A stretch of 64,000 bases of DNA, taken from the IMG/VR virus record IMGVR_UViG_3300039310_000050, positions 37,634 through 101,633 of that record. One strand, written 5' to 3'. The position numbers and the translations under genes are program-made. Positions 47,048 to 56,943 of the stretch are shown here, in pieces; positions within the stretch are counted from its first letter, which is position 1; the number at the start of each line of letters is the position of its first letter. This stretch comes from a virus. The notes under the pieces are model-generated. The model saw only the letters and a list, made by a program, of their open reading frames with translations. It made no database searches and had not been told where the DNA came from.

Positions 47048-47681
47048 TTTTCTTGATATATACATCTCCCCAATCAAAATTTTTACAATTAAAAGTATTT
47101 AACATCCAACTAATTTTACCATAATCTACCCAATCTTTAAAATGAAAATTTGGTCCTTCTCCAATTACAACATTATATTCTCTGTCTTTATATCCTACAT
47201 AATCCAAACAAGCAAATGTATTTTTCATCAATTCTGCCATAAATTCTATAGAAATGATATCAATCTGTTTGGTAAGCCCTTGTAAAACCGATAATTCATA
47301 TCCTTCTACATCAATCTTGATATAAAACGGTTTACCATATTTGGCAATCATATTATCTAATGTATCGGTTTTAACATATTCTGGTTCTTTATTCCAAGAG
47401 TGTCCTTGAAATCTATGGCCAGTATGTCCTATGAATTCTTGTGACATTGAAGTAATTTGGTTTTCAGTTGCTCTCCAAATAGGCGCTGTACCTACTGAAT
47501 TAGATAAAGCTACATTTTCAACTGTAATTCCTAATCGCTTTTCAGTAAATTTTGCTAAATCTTCTTGCGGTTCAAATCCTATAACTTGAGCCCCCGCGGC
47601 CATATATTGTTCTGCTTTTCTCCCAACATTACAACCAACATCAAATACAAATCTGTTTTTAAGTAAATCTGTTATCTGCAT
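47031..47681 (-). CDS. FkbM-family methyltransferase
   Basis: FDVGCNVG, FEP, IKIDVEGYE. Confidence 0.88.
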   Translation of the reverse strand: MQITDLLKNRFVFDVGCNVGRKAEQYMAAGAQVIGFEPQEDLAKFTEKRLGITVENVALSNSVGTAPIWRATENQITSMSQEFIGHTGHRFQGHSWNKEPEYVKTDTLDNMIAKYGKPFYIKIDVEGYELSVLQGLTKQIDIISIEFMAELMKNTFACLDYVGYKDREYNVVIGEGPNFHFKDWVDYGKISWMLNTFNCKNFDWGDVYIKKNEKSH

Positions 47682-48310
47682 ACCATAAATTTCTCTATAC
47701 CAATAATTTTTTTGGGTTGTTTTTTAATAGGTTTCTTTTTCTTATTTTTATTTGCTTCAAATTTTTCAATGGTATCATTTTGCAATTCTCGCATAAATTT
47801 GATAAAAGTATTAGCATATTCCCCATTATCACCTTTTTGAGTAGCAAAAAAATCTACCATACTACGAATACTCATTTGTTTAATATACTTATGCTTTTCC
47901 TCTTTAGAAATTCTTCGATAAAAAGCATACGTCATAATTTGAGTAAAATATGAAAAAGGATTTTTATATTTTCTAGGATTAAAATTTTCTAAACAAAGGA
48001 CCGCATTTTCTAATGCATCTCCAATCATTTCTTCTCTATATGGCGTAGTACTAAAAAATCCCTTACGTGTGAGATGTTGTGCTATAAGCACTAAACATTC
48101 TCCAATATAATTATATTCAGGAGTTTGAGGTCTTTCAAATTTAGGTAATTTACTCTTAGGTATTCCTTTTTTTAAAAGGACCTTACATTTCTGTTTATAT
48201 TTTTTCCGTAAAGGTTTTACCTTAGGGAGATATTCTTGGAAAGCTTTTAAGAAAGTTTTATTGTCTACTGGCCAAACAACCTTTGGCCAAACCTTGATGG
48301 GTTTTTTCAA
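47672..48310 (-). CDS. 55: Late sigma factor gp55
   Basis: VDNK.F, YIGEC, YREEMIGD, NPFSYFTQI..YAF.RRI.KE. Confidence 0.95.
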   Translation of the reverse strand: MKKPIKVWPKVVWPVDNKTFLKAFQEYLPKVKPLRKKYKQKCKVLLKKGIPKSKLPKFERPQTPEYNYIGECLVLIAQHLTRKGFFSTTPYREEMIGDALENAVLCLENFNPRKYKNPFSYFTQIMTYAFYRRISKEEKHKYIKQMSIRSMVDFFATQKGDNGEYANTFIKFMRELQNDTIEKFEANKNKKKKPIKKQPKKIIGIEKFMVCR

Positions 48311-48361
48311 ATTAAGTAACCTATTCCTGAAGATTTTTTTCTATTTCATTAACGTTCTTTC

Positions 48362-48390
48362 ATTATAGCAAATTTTACTATAATTGTCAA
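48362..48390 (-). promoter_or_regulatory. Consensus sigma70 promoter for gp55
   Basis: TTGACA-17-TATAAT. Confidence 0.85.
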
Positions 48391-48448
48391 GCCTTTGGTC
48401 TATATTTCTTTTAATACCAACAAGATCCAAATTATTTTCAAAAAACAC

Positions 48449-48477
48449 TTGACTTCCACAAAAAAACTTGCTATAAT
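48449..48477 (+). promoter_or_regulatory. Divergent sigma70 promoter
   Basis: TTGACT-17-TATAAT with TG. Confidence 0.75.
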
Positions 48478-48541
48478 ATACATGTCGTTTAAAAAGAGGG
48501 GCCATGGTATTAGTGGCCATTAATAGACATGATGATATTAT

Positions 48542-48772
48542 GTGGAGAAGAGGACCATTAAGGCCAAAAGAGTGGATATTATGACAACATTATTTATAAT
48601 GATATTGGCTATCTTAGCATTATTAGCTATAGGAAAATTTATCATAATGGTAGCAATTTTAGCATTTAGATTGGTATATATTATTGTAGCAGCATTCTTA
48701 ACTTTTATTATTGGATCCGCAATTATCATAACTATTTGGATTGCAATCCATGGGTGGGTCTTTTCAATCTAA
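48542..48772 (+). CDS. Small hydrophobic membrane protein (tentative)
   Basis: Downstream of the plus-strand promoter; almost entirely hydrophobic. Confidence 0.4.
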   Translation: MEKRTIKAKRVDIMTTLFIMILAILALLAIGKFIIMVAILAFRLVYIIVAAFLTFIIGSAIIITIWIAIHGWVFSI

Positions 48773-50294
48773 CTTTATATAACTTATAATCAAATTTTTC
48801 ATTATTATAGATATTCATCCTAATTACAAAATGTTTCATGGTATGGTTTTTATGACTTTTATATTGGAGAATATCAGAAATATCATAAAAATTTAATATA
48901 TCTTTGGAAGATGCTTTTCTTAAACCTCTTCCAATAGATTGAAGTAAACGAATACAACTTTTAATAGGTGAAGCAATAATCAAATTATGTAAATTCCTAA
49001 TATTCACACCTAAAGAAAATGTACCATAAGAAGCTACGATAATAGCATCTCTTTCTTTTTCAGTAATTTGTCTAAATTTTTCTCTAATTTCCGCATCTAC
49101 TTTACCAGAAATAAAAAATACTTTTCTTCCATCAATAACATTATTTTTAATAGATTCATAAAGAATTTTCCCATGACGATCAACTAAATTAAAAAGGACA
49201 AGAGTATTTCCTTTTAATGATATTGCAAGATTTCGGATAAATTTATTCCGCGCCTCATTTTCAACCAAAAATGTAATTTCTTGTTGATATTTGGCACCTT
49301 TCATTTTTTCACAAATTTCTTCTGGATAGTAAAGCATTAAACAATTAACTAATATATTGGATAGAATTTCTCTCTCTATTAAAAGTTTAGTTGTAGTAAC
49401 TTTATATACTCGTCCAAACAAACCTTCTAAAACTAATTTATGTGTTTTAGTTCCATCTAATGTTCCAGTTGTACCAAAACGATATTTCGCATTCATGGAT
49501 TTGTTCATAATTTTTATAAGAGAAGCAGCTTTAAATAAATGAGCTTCATCACCAATTATCACTTCAAATTGTTCAAAATATTCTTCAGGTAATTTATAAA
49601 TGGATTCCCAAGTTGATATAACAATTTGTTTTTTGGTTCCTTTTTCTTTTCCTTGATAAATCATATGAGTTTCATCTCTAACATCCCATTTATCAGCATA
49701 AGAATATTCCCCAAAATCTGTAAACATTTGAGAAACCAAATTTACAGTAGGTACTATAATAAGAATTTTTCCTTTTATAAATTGTTGATAATATCGAATT
49801 AAAAGATAAATGATTAAAGATTTACCTGATGCTGTAGGGCATAATAAAATAGATCTTGAAGATTGGACAGAATGACGAAAAGCATCTAATTGAAAATCGT
49901 GTGGTTCAATAGGAATAAAAATATCTTTTTCATTTTTATCTTCTCGTTTTACATGGATATTTAAAGATTTTGCAAATGCTAAAGCTTCTTTAACAGAAAA
50001 TTCTTCTTCTACATCTAAATCTTGTCCATTTTCATATTCTATTACATATTCATGTAACCTAGCATATTCTTTAATATGTTGTAAAAGACCAAGATAAATT
50101 TCTCCTGTATGCTTATTATAGAGTCGTATTTGTCCGTCCCAAAGTTTCATTTTATATTTCTTCATAAACTTGTAACCAGGAACAAAGAAACAAAAGAAAT
50201 CGGATAAAGAATTTACTATACTATCTGAAGCTAAAACTTCTAGGAAAATTTCGTCTTTCTTTCGGATATAGAGTGTATTATCATTTAATGTCAT
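48732..50294 (-). CDS. uvsW: UvsW SF2 helicase
   Basis: WDGQIRL, PTASGKS, GDEAH, GTTGT, LQSIGRGLR. Confidence 0.95.
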   Translation of the reverse strand: MTLNDNTLYIRKKDEIFLEVLASDSIVNSLSDFFCFFVPGYKFMKKYKMKLWDGQIRLYNKHTGEIYLGLLQHIKEYARLHEYVIEYENGQDLDVEEEFSVKEALAFAKSLNIHVKREDKNEKDIFIPIEPHDFQLDAFRHSVQSSRSILLCPTASGKSLIIYLLIRYYQQFIKGKILIIVPTVNLVSQMFTDFGEYSYADKWDVRDETHMIYQGKEKGTKKQIVISTWESIYKLPEEYFEQFEVIIGDEAHLFKAASLIKIMNKSMNAKYRFGTTGTLDGTKTHKLVLEGLFGRVYKVTTTKLLIEREILSNILVNCLMLYYPEEICEKMKGAKYQQEITFLVENEARNKFIRNLAISLKGNTLVLFNLVDRHGKILYESIKNNVIDGRKVFFISGKVDAEIREKFRQITEKERDAIIVASYGTFSLGVNIRNLHNLIIASPIKSCIRLLQSIGRGLRKASSKDILNFYDISDILQYKSHKNHTMKHFVIRMNIYNNEKFDYKLYKVRLKRPTHGLQSK

Positions 50295-50404
50295 TTAAGA
50301 AACCACTTGTCATTGTGGCCGCGAATGTGATTCGGAGATGGTGAATGCATGAAGCGTTTCTGAATCCATATTACAAAATTTTTGTGCATTTTCTTCCGTA
50401 AGTT

Positions 50405-50830
50405 TCATTTTAAAAACTCCGTCCAAACTGAATATTCAATTATGCGACCTACCTTTTTCGCGGCCTCTTGCATAGGTTTATTTTGTGAATATATACCACC
50501 AGAAATTCTTGGAAGACCTTGTTTAATTATTATTTTTTTCAATTTAGCATACATCTTTTCATATAAATATTGGTGTCGGTGCGATTTTTCGACAAAAGTC
50601 ATTCGAATCCAAGCATATTTTTCATCTGGGTGGCACGTAAATGTTATTAAAGCTACTGGTTTATTTTTATATTCCATCCAAATGACTTCATGATCTCCAA
50701 TTGTATCTTCATTTAAAATTATTAAAGGATCTACATATTTAATTTTAATTAATTCATTCCATCCTTCCATCATTAGAGGAAGACAGGGAGAATTGGAAAG
50801 TTTTTTATTATATTTTAATGAATAACTCAT
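50405..50830 (-). CDS. GNAT-family acetyltransferase
   Basis: FVEKSHRHQ.L...N.PM..A.KKVG. Confidence 0.65.
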   Translation of the reverse strand: MSYSLKYNKKLSNSPCLPLMMEGWNELIKIKYVDPLIILNEDTIGDHEVIWMEYKNKPVALITFTCHPDEKYAWIRMTFVEKSHRHQYLYEKMYAKLKKIIIKQGLPRISGGIYSQNKPMQEAAKKVGRIIEYSVWTEFLK

Positions 50831-51255
50831 TTTTCATTTCCTAAATACTTTAAATAATCTGTAACATTTTTCATAAGCCAAGTTCTTTGACCAATTTGAT
50901 CCATTGTGCGTTTTAAAAGGTCAATTAATTCTTCTTTAGATTCTATTTGGGTTCTTAATTTTTGAAGATCTTCATCCGCTGCAAGATATAATTTAACATC
51001 GGTATCAGCAATTCTTTTTAATAAAGGTTTTTTGATATAGACTTCATCTGGAGCTTTTTTCCTAAAATATTCCCATCGTTCTAAATATAATTTATCCCAA
51101 TCTCTTTCAAGTTTTTTTAATGCTAAACGTTCTAACATAAGCATTTTATTATATTTATGATGTATTTTAGGAGTACGGACCGCCTCATAATTTAATTCGT
51201 CATGTTCAATTCGGAGATCTTGTAAAATTTCCGCTTGTAATTCAGATAAAGTCAT
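50827..51255 (-). CDS. uvsY: UvsY recombination mediator
   Basis: PKIHHKY, WEYF, YLAADE, RTW.MKN; synteny. Confidence 0.9.
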   Translation of the reverse strand: MTLSELQAEILQDLRIEHDELNYEAVRTPKIHHKYNKMLMLERLALKKLERDWDKLYLERWEYFRKKAPDEVYIKKPLLKRIADTDVKLYLAADEDLQKLRTQIESKEELIDLLKRTMDQIGQRTWLMKNVTDYLKYLGNEK

Positions 51256-51256
51256 T

Positions 51257-51853
51257 TTATGTTGTAGAATCGTCTGTTGTATCAGGTTGAGTTGGAGTTA
51301 CACTTTCAAAATCATAATAACTATAAGCAAATCTTACAGTAGCTTCAATAGCTATAGGTTCATTTACATCATTTGTTAAATGAAATCCACTTAAATAAAT
51401 TGGAAAAGCATCACGAAAATAAAAAACAATATTAGGAACTGATTGGTTAGTTAAAAGTATCAATTGAGCATCTGAAGTTAAACCACCTTCTTCATGTGGT
51501 TGTAATTGTTCTAATTTCACAGTTTCATAATCAGCACTGGTTTTTACCATATACATCAATAACATCCAATTTGCTAATTCGCTCCAATTATTCATATCTG
51601 CATCAACAATAAATGTTACTTCTAATTCTTCAAATTCAATATTTAATCCACTTCTTGGAATAGGATTTACACTTGTTACTTGTTTCCAATTACTTCCATT
51701 CATTGATGGAATATTACAACTATTACTAGATAAAGATAATTCTGGTAATTTAGTTAAGAAAAAAATAAATTTATTGGGATATAATGGATTGACATTTTTT
51801 GGTTGTCGATTTAATGCACCATATAATTGAGATTGATCTGTTTTAGTTATCAT
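51257..51853 (-). CDS. 3: Tail tube terminator/completion protein gp3
   Basis: N.L.PNKF, F.VD.DM.NW, F.DAFP..LSG, F.YSY; start MITKTDQ. Confidence 0.85.
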   Translation of the reverse strand: MITKTDQSQLYGALNRQPKNVNPLYPNKFIFFLTKLPELSLSSNSCNIPSMNGSNWKQVTSVNPIPRSGLNIEFEELEVTFIVDADMNNWSELANWMLLMYMVKTSADYETVKLEQLQPHEEGGLTSDAQLILLTNQSVPNIVFYFRDAFPIYLSGFHLTNDVNEPIAIEATVRFAYSYYDFESVTPTQPDTTDDSTT

Positions 51854-51861
51854 AACACTAT

Positions 51862-51895
51862 TATTTATTATATCATATTTTAAAGGATTTGTCAA
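51862..51895 (-). promoter_or_regulatory. Overlapping sigma70 and late promoters
   Basis: TTGACA-17-TATAAT (51867-51895) overlapping AATAAATA (51862-51869). Confidence 0.8.
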
Positions 51896-51898
51896 GAC

Positions 51899-51940
51899 AA
51901 AAAAATGGGGAATTAAGGATTTTAAGGTCCCTAATTCCCC
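51899..51940 (-). terminator. Rho-independent terminator after gp23
   Basis: GGGGAATTAGGGA/TCCTTAATTCCCC stem followed by a T7 run. Confidence 0.85.
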
Positions 51941-51966
51941 GGAATTTTAAAACCAGTGGCAATTGA

Positions 51967-53325
51967 TTATAGAAGATTGACCACTTTAATCATACGGTAA
52001 TATGCACTTGAATTACCCTGGAGGGTAGCATTCGCGTCTGACCAGAATGGATTTGGCGCCAAAGCATACCGAGTCTTAAAGGCAATCTTCGGTTGGAAGG
52101 TATGAGGATCTTGTGCTCTAAACAATTGTAGAGGTACATATGGACAATAGAAAAGACCTGCATCATAAGCATTTGCACCCTTATAACCTACTAATACGAA
52201 TTCTTCATTTGTTCCACTATTACCAAAATAAGGATCGATATATACACGATAACGTCCATTTAATACACCAGTGAAAGTATTTCCAGTATCATCTACTGTT
52301 AAATCACTTTGTAATGCAGGTGTATAATCTAATTTTCCAGCCATTACTAACGCACTAGCAACGTCTGAAGAACAGATTATAACATTACCTCTTCCACGAC
52401 GCGTCGCCTTGGCAATAGCATTAGCTTCACGTTCAACTTGGAAGATAAGACCCTTAAATTTTTCAACTGACCAACGACCATTGGCATCAATGTCAAGATC
52501 GAATGTTCCAGGAACAGTTGTTTGTGCTGCACCAGTTACAGATACATAGTAAATTGTTCTAATAACTTCACGGTTAATTTCAGTTAAGATTTCAGCCGAA
52601 AGGATATTAGCCAATTCTGTTTCAGCATCTAAACCATGGATAGCTTTTAAGTCTTGTGCAACTTCAACTGAATATTCAGCTTTTAATGCACGGGTTTTAG
52701 CTTCCACAGTAATTTTATCAATACTGAAAGCCATCTGATTAAAATCAGATCCAACTCCATCACCTAAAGCTTCAGCTTGTGGTGTGGTCATAGGACGACC
52801 GATTGTATAACCAGATACACTTGATACTGGTGGGAATCCAGTTGATACAGGATCTGTTCCAGATTGAGATGAAGCACCAGGAAAACTATTCGATCCAGTT
52901 TGTCCTAACCAATCTTGTCCAGAAGGTCCATTAGGATCTTGACCAGAAAATTGTGTTTGGGCTTCATTGAATAATGCTTCTGTTCCTTGTTTGCTAGTAT
53001 AACGTGACTTCATGGCAAAAATTAAACCGGTAGGTCCAACCATAGGTTGCACACCACAAACATCGTATGCAATCAAGTTAGGCATAGCACGTCTTACCAA
53101 TGAAATCAAAATAGGATCGAAATTAGCAATTCCGGCTCCTGTACTTAATGTAGGTGCGGATTCTTTTAAAGTTTGGCTTTGTTTTTCAAAATCTTCACTT
53201 TGATTTTCCATTAATGTAGCAATTACACGCCGTTTGTGGCGATTAACAAGTTTGCCATAACTTGGATCATCAAGAATCGTTTCCCACTTTGTAACCAATT
53301 TATCAGTGGTCATATCGTCTCTCAT
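51967..53325 (-). CDS. 23: Major capsid protein gp23
   Basis: LVRRAMPNLIAYDVCGVQPM.GPTGLIFAM, RALKAEYS.E.AQDLKAIHGLDAE, YCPYVPL. Confidence 0.98.
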   Translation of the reverse strand: MRDDMTTDKLVTKWETILDDPSYGKLVNRHKRRVIATLMENQSEDFEKQSQTLKESAPTLSTGAGIANFDPILISLVRRAMPNLIAYDVCGVQPMVGPTGLIFAMKSRYTSKQGTEALFNEAQTQFSGQDPNGPSGQDWLGQTGSNSFPGASSQSGTDPVSTGFPPVSSVSGYTIGRPMTTPQAEALGDGVGSDFNQMAFSIDKITVEAKTRALKAEYSVEVAQDLKAIHGLDAETELANILSAEILTEINREVIRTIYYVSVTGAAQTTVPGTFDLDIDANGRWSVEKFKGLIFQVEREANAIAKATRRGRGNVIICSSDVASALVMAGKLDYTPALQSDLTVDDTGNTFTGVLNGRYRVYIDPYFGNSGTNEEFVLVGYKGANAYDAGLFYCPYVPLQLFRAQDPHTFQPKIAFKTRYALAPNPFWSDANATLQGNSSAYYRMIKVVNLL

Positions 53326-53367
53326 GTTAATTAATTCTCCTTAATTCTTTAATACACTATTATGGAA

Positions 53368-53375
53368 TATTTATA
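53368..53375 (-). promoter_or_regulatory. Late promoter for gp23
   Basis: TATAAATA. Confidence 0.85.
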
Positions 53376-53380
53376 ATCCA

Positions 53381-54814
53381 TTAATTTTTAGCCATTTGGT
53401 GTAATGCTGCTTTAACTGATTCTACCATTGTTAAAGTAGTAGTTTTTGTATCAGTGGCATTATCCAGTAATGTCTGTTCTGCTAAGGTTTTTGGCTTAGG
53501 TGATTCTTTTGAACTAACTACATTGTCTCTTAAAGTTGCTAACGCAGTTTCAAATTTCTTCGGTGTAGTGAATTCAACACTTTCAGCCAAAGTTCTCAAT
53601 TTTTCCACTTGTGTAGTTGCCAAACCTTTTGCTACCCGATCAAAAATTTCAGAACGTTCATGTTTTTTAACTTCTTTTTGTAAAGAAATATTAGTTTCGA
53701 TTTGTTCATTTAATTTTTGTTCTAATTTACTTATACGATTTGCCATTTCAGAAACAACATCAACTTTTTCTTCTGGTAATTCAATATAATGTTCTTCGAA
53801 AAGTTGTTTTAATTCACCAATAAAAGATTCTACTAATTCAGATTTAATTGCACTTTCCAAAGGTACTTCATTTTCTTTGACCCAACTTTCTACTACTAAG
53901 TCAAGAGAACCATTTACTACTTCTGCCAATTCTTGGCGGATTTCTTCAACACGTTCATTAAGTTTTCTCGTATTACGTTCTTTTAATGTTTTACGATATT
54001 CCTTAATTCTATTAGAAAGAGTAGCTTCAAAAATAGTAGATGTTTTTTCTTTTAATACTTCAGAAATAGGATCTCCAGCAAAAAGAGCAGAAGTTGCTTC
54101 TTTTACAGCTTTCTTATCAGCTTTTTCATCTTCCTCTTCTTCTTTTTTCTCTTCTTTTAATTTCTTTTTCTTTTCTTCTTTTTCTTTTTCTGCTTTACTT
54201 TCTTTTTCGTCTTCTTCTTCTTTAATACCAGGATCTTTTTCGTGAGTTTTTTCACCTTCTTCATTATCATTTTCTTCCTTTAACCGATCAGCTTTTTCTC
54301 CAGATCCTTTAGCTTTATCGGTATAACCAGCACGTTTATTGGCATTAGAAGTTTCTTTTTCTTCTTCTTTTTCTTCTTTAACTTCTTTTTCTTTCTTTTT
54401 CTTCAAAAATGGAGGAAGATCTTTCTTTTCCTTCTCTTTTTCATCATCTTCTTCCTCATGAAGACCATAAACTTTTGGAGTAGGAGGAAGTTCCCGAGAA
54501 CCAGGATCTTTATTATCTTTATCTACTCCACCCAATTGTTTACGGGGCAAATCTGCATTTGTAGGAAGATGTCCTGTAGGACCTTCAGTAGGTGAAACAC
54601 CTGGAGTAGTTTTTAATGTATCAACGGCACCTGTAGGAATTGGTCCTGTAGCATCAATTTTACCGTGACCATCAATAACACCTTTAGTTACATCTTCACC
54701 TTTTTCAGGTTTTACTTGTGTAGGACTATTGGTACCATAACGTTCTTCTGATTCTGTCAATACGGTCTTTTTTTTGCTGAGGATCGCGTCCAATTTTTCG
54801 TTAAAGGATTTCAT
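53381..54814 (-). CDS. 22: Prohead core scaffold gp22 with a long charged N-terminal extension
   Basis: TIFEA, W.KEN, LF.EHYI..PEEKVDVV; synteny. Confidence 0.9.
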   Translation of the reverse strand: MKSFNEKLDAILSKKKTVLTESEERYGTNSPTQVKPEKGEDVTKGVIDGHGKIDATGPIPTGAVDTLKTTPGVSPTEGPTGHLPTNADLPRKQLGGVDKDNKDPGSRELPPTPKVYGLHEEEDDEKEKEKKDLPPFLKKKKEKEVKEEKEEEKETSNANKRAGYTDKAKGSGEKADRLKEENDNEEGEKTHEKDPGIKEEEDEKESKAEKEKEEKKKKLKEEKKEEEEDEKADKKAVKEATSALFAGDPISEVLKEKTSTIFEATLSNRIKEYRKTLKERNTRKLNERVEEIRQELAEVVNGSLDLVVESWVKENEVPLESAIKSELVESFIGELKQLFEEHYIELPEEKVDVVSEMANRISKLEQKLNEQIETNISLQKEVKKHERSEIFDRVAKGLATTQVEKLRTLAESVEFTTPKKFETALATLRDNVVSSKESPKPKTLAEQTLLDNATDTKTTTLTMVESVKAALHQMAKN

Positions 54815-54867
54815 TCTATGTCTCCTCGACTATTAATCAAAATTAATGGATAAATATCTCTTATCCA

Positions 54868-54875
54868 TATTTATA
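54868..54875 (-). promoter_or_regulatory. Late promoter for gp22
   Basis: TATAAATA. Confidence 0.85.
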
Positions 54876-54880
54876 AAAAT

Positions 54881-55573
54881 CTATATCTTAAAACGGTCAT
54901 CTATTTCCGTTAAGAATTCTTTATAAACTTGTAAACTAACTTCATGTAAAGAATTTTCTGAAGCTAATTTAATAGCTTTTTTCCATTTATCTAAATTTGC
55001 TTCTTGAATTAATCCATCAGCAAAAATGTATTCTTTATTTTCCATTACACCTCTAACAAATGCATCAGGTGCAGATGGATCCATAACAATATCTGCCGCA
55101 GTTGCTAAATGGAAATCACCTTGAACCATATCAATACCATTTGTACGCCGAAGTGTTCCAACTGCTCTTGAAGATACTCCAAAAAGGATTTCTTCTTCCA
55201 AAAAATTTTGAACAATTTTTCCAAATGGTGAATTAGAAATTCTTGCTTTTCCAATATAATTATCACCATCTTTTATAAGTGAAATAATTTTATGTGAAAC
55301 TCTTTCAGGATTTACTGTAGGACCATCAGGATGTCCTAATTCTCCAACTGCTCTATTTTTAAGAACCATTTCATTTACATAACGGATTACTTCTGGTTCC
55401 ATAATCGATTTTGGATATTTACGTTTATTTTTATTAACTATTTCTTGTTGTAAAAATACACCTTCAATCATACGGTAGGTCTTACCATTAAGATCTTCTT
55501 TTATGAATTGAAATTCATCACATGCCTCAATTAGCATGTCCATTTCAACACCATTTAAAATGATTTTAGACAT
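54881..55573 (-). CDS. 21: Prohead protease gp21
   Basis: IEGVFLQ, GELGHP, GVSSR..G, DIV.DPSAPDA. Confidence 0.95.
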   Translation of the reverse strand: MSKIILNGVEMDMLIEACDEFQFIKEDLNGKTYRMIEGVFLQQEIVNKNKRKYPKSIMEPEVIRYVNEMVLKNRAVGELGHPDGPTVNPERVSHKIISLIKDGDNYIGKARISNSPFGKIVQNFLEEEILFGVSSRAVGTLRRTNGIDMVQGDFHLATAADIVMDPSAPDAFVRGVMENKEYIFADGLIQEANLDKWKKAIKLASENSLHEVSLQVYKEFLTEIDDRFKI

Positions 55574-55574
55574 A

Positions 55575-55814
55575 TTATTTTAATCCTACAATCGTACCGG
55601 CACTGGAAGATAATAGATACAGGATCTCAATAGGATAAATGAATCCAGGTTCAACAGTAAGTCCCGCAGTTTCCCCATAAATGGTTTGAATAACTATAAC
55701 TCCACTTGTACCAGCCATAAATGCACTATATGCACCGGCTGATCCACCACTAGCTAATCCGGAAGTACCGGCAGTAGTAACCGTTAAATTTACCACGTGA
55801 GTATAAGGATACAT
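55575..55814 (-). CDS. Small head protein resembling the RcGTA spike-base family
   Basis: AFMAGTSG.IVIQT..G....V.PG.IYPI.I...S..GTIVGL. Confidence 0.45.
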   Translation of the reverse strand: MYPYTHVVNLTVTTAGTSGLASGGSAGAYSAFMAGTSGVIVIQTIYGETAGLTVEPGFIYPIEILYLLSSSAGTIVGLK

Positions 55815-56104
55815 TACTTACCCGCCTTCGCATCCTCGTGTTGCTCTTTATTTTCACCATGTTTTAGGTGCTTCATTTTATCTTTAAAAGCCTTGCGCCG
55901 AGATGCATTTAATTTTGCTTTTTCATCTGAACCTGGAAGAGTATCAATTGCTTTCCAAGTTTTAGCAACTACTTGTTTCTTTTTCTCTTCTAAAATAACT
56001 CCAGCCTTTTGATACAATGACCGTTCTAATAATTCAGTAGATCTTAAATAATCTTTATTTTCAATAGCTGTAATTATATCTGTTTTAACCATATAGATCT
56101 CCAA
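55814..56104 (-). CDS. Prohead core protein (gp67/68-like by position)
   Basis: Small charged ORF between gp20 and gp21. Confidence 0.5.
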   Translation of the reverse strand: MEIYMVKTDIITAIENKDYLRSTELLERSLYQKAGVILEEKKKQVVAKTWKAIDTLPGSDEKAKLNASRRKAFKDKMKHLKHGENKEQHEDAKAGK

Positions 56105-56111
56105 TTAATAT

Positions 56112-56786
56112 TTAGTCATTTACCATTCTTTGGCAAAAGTCTACAGCTTTAAGGAAATGTGTTTTATCACCTGTTAAAAGGTCTACAAAATATTTTAAAT
56201 TATCTTCTGTTAAATTTTCCATTACTGTATCTATTTTTTTAATTATAGATTCATTTAAAACCATTCTATGTCCATCTTTAAGTACTAAAACTGATTCATA
56301 ACGAACGCGTTTATTAGTATCTTCATCATCCCGTAAACCTTTTCCACTTTGTGAATCTTGGTCATTTGATTTAGTACTATCTACCCTAATTTCAGTTCTT
56401 GTTGTTTCTCCAAGAAAGGTGTTAAAATATTCTCTTAAAGATTCTTCTTTAATTCCATATTGTTTAGCAGCCATTTGGATAGTATTTTCTAATTCGAGAT
56501 TATTTTCTAATACACTTTCCACAGTATAATCAATAGCTTCACGGACCTTAGGTTCATAAGATTCATATGGATCTTTATCTTTTTCAGGTTCCAATAATAA
56601 TTTCTTTCCTTCTGTTAAAACTTTCGAATTTAATTCTCTCTTTTTCTTATTGTAGGCTTTCGTTACTTTTTCAGTAAGAATTTCATCTACATTACTGATT
56701 AGAGAATACGGTGCCTGATTCTCGCAAGAGAGAACTATATTTTTAACGGATTTTGGTGTCATATATTCTCCTATTCTAAATTCCAA
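56112..56786 (-). CDS. Putative head-associated protein
   Basis: Between gp20 and gp21; several LxE motifs. Confidence 0.5.
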   Translation of the reverse strand: MEFRIGEYMTPKSVKNIVLSCENQAPYSLISNVDEILTEKVTKAYNKKKRELNSKVLTEGKKLLLEPEKDKDPYESYEPKVREAIDYTVESVLENNLELENTIQMAAKQYGIKEESLREYFNTFLGETTRTEIRVDSTKSNDQDSQSGKGLRDDEDTNKRVRYESVLVLKDGHRMVLNESIIKKIDTVMENLTEDNLKYFVDLLTGDKTHFLKAVDFCQRMVND

Positions 56787-56943
56787 TTAATCTTTAGTAT
56801 TTTCACTTCTTTTAAAATTTCGGGTATAATTTCCATTATATCAACTTCAGCTTCTAACCCATGAATTGTTTTATCCAATTCTTCTTGTGTATAATTTCTT
56901 TTGGCATGTAATTGCCCAAATGCCCCATAAATTTTTGTTTTCA

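Noticed and set aside
54100-54460. Low-complexity TTC/TTT repeats
   Set aside because: Simply encode the Glu/Lys-rich extension of gp22
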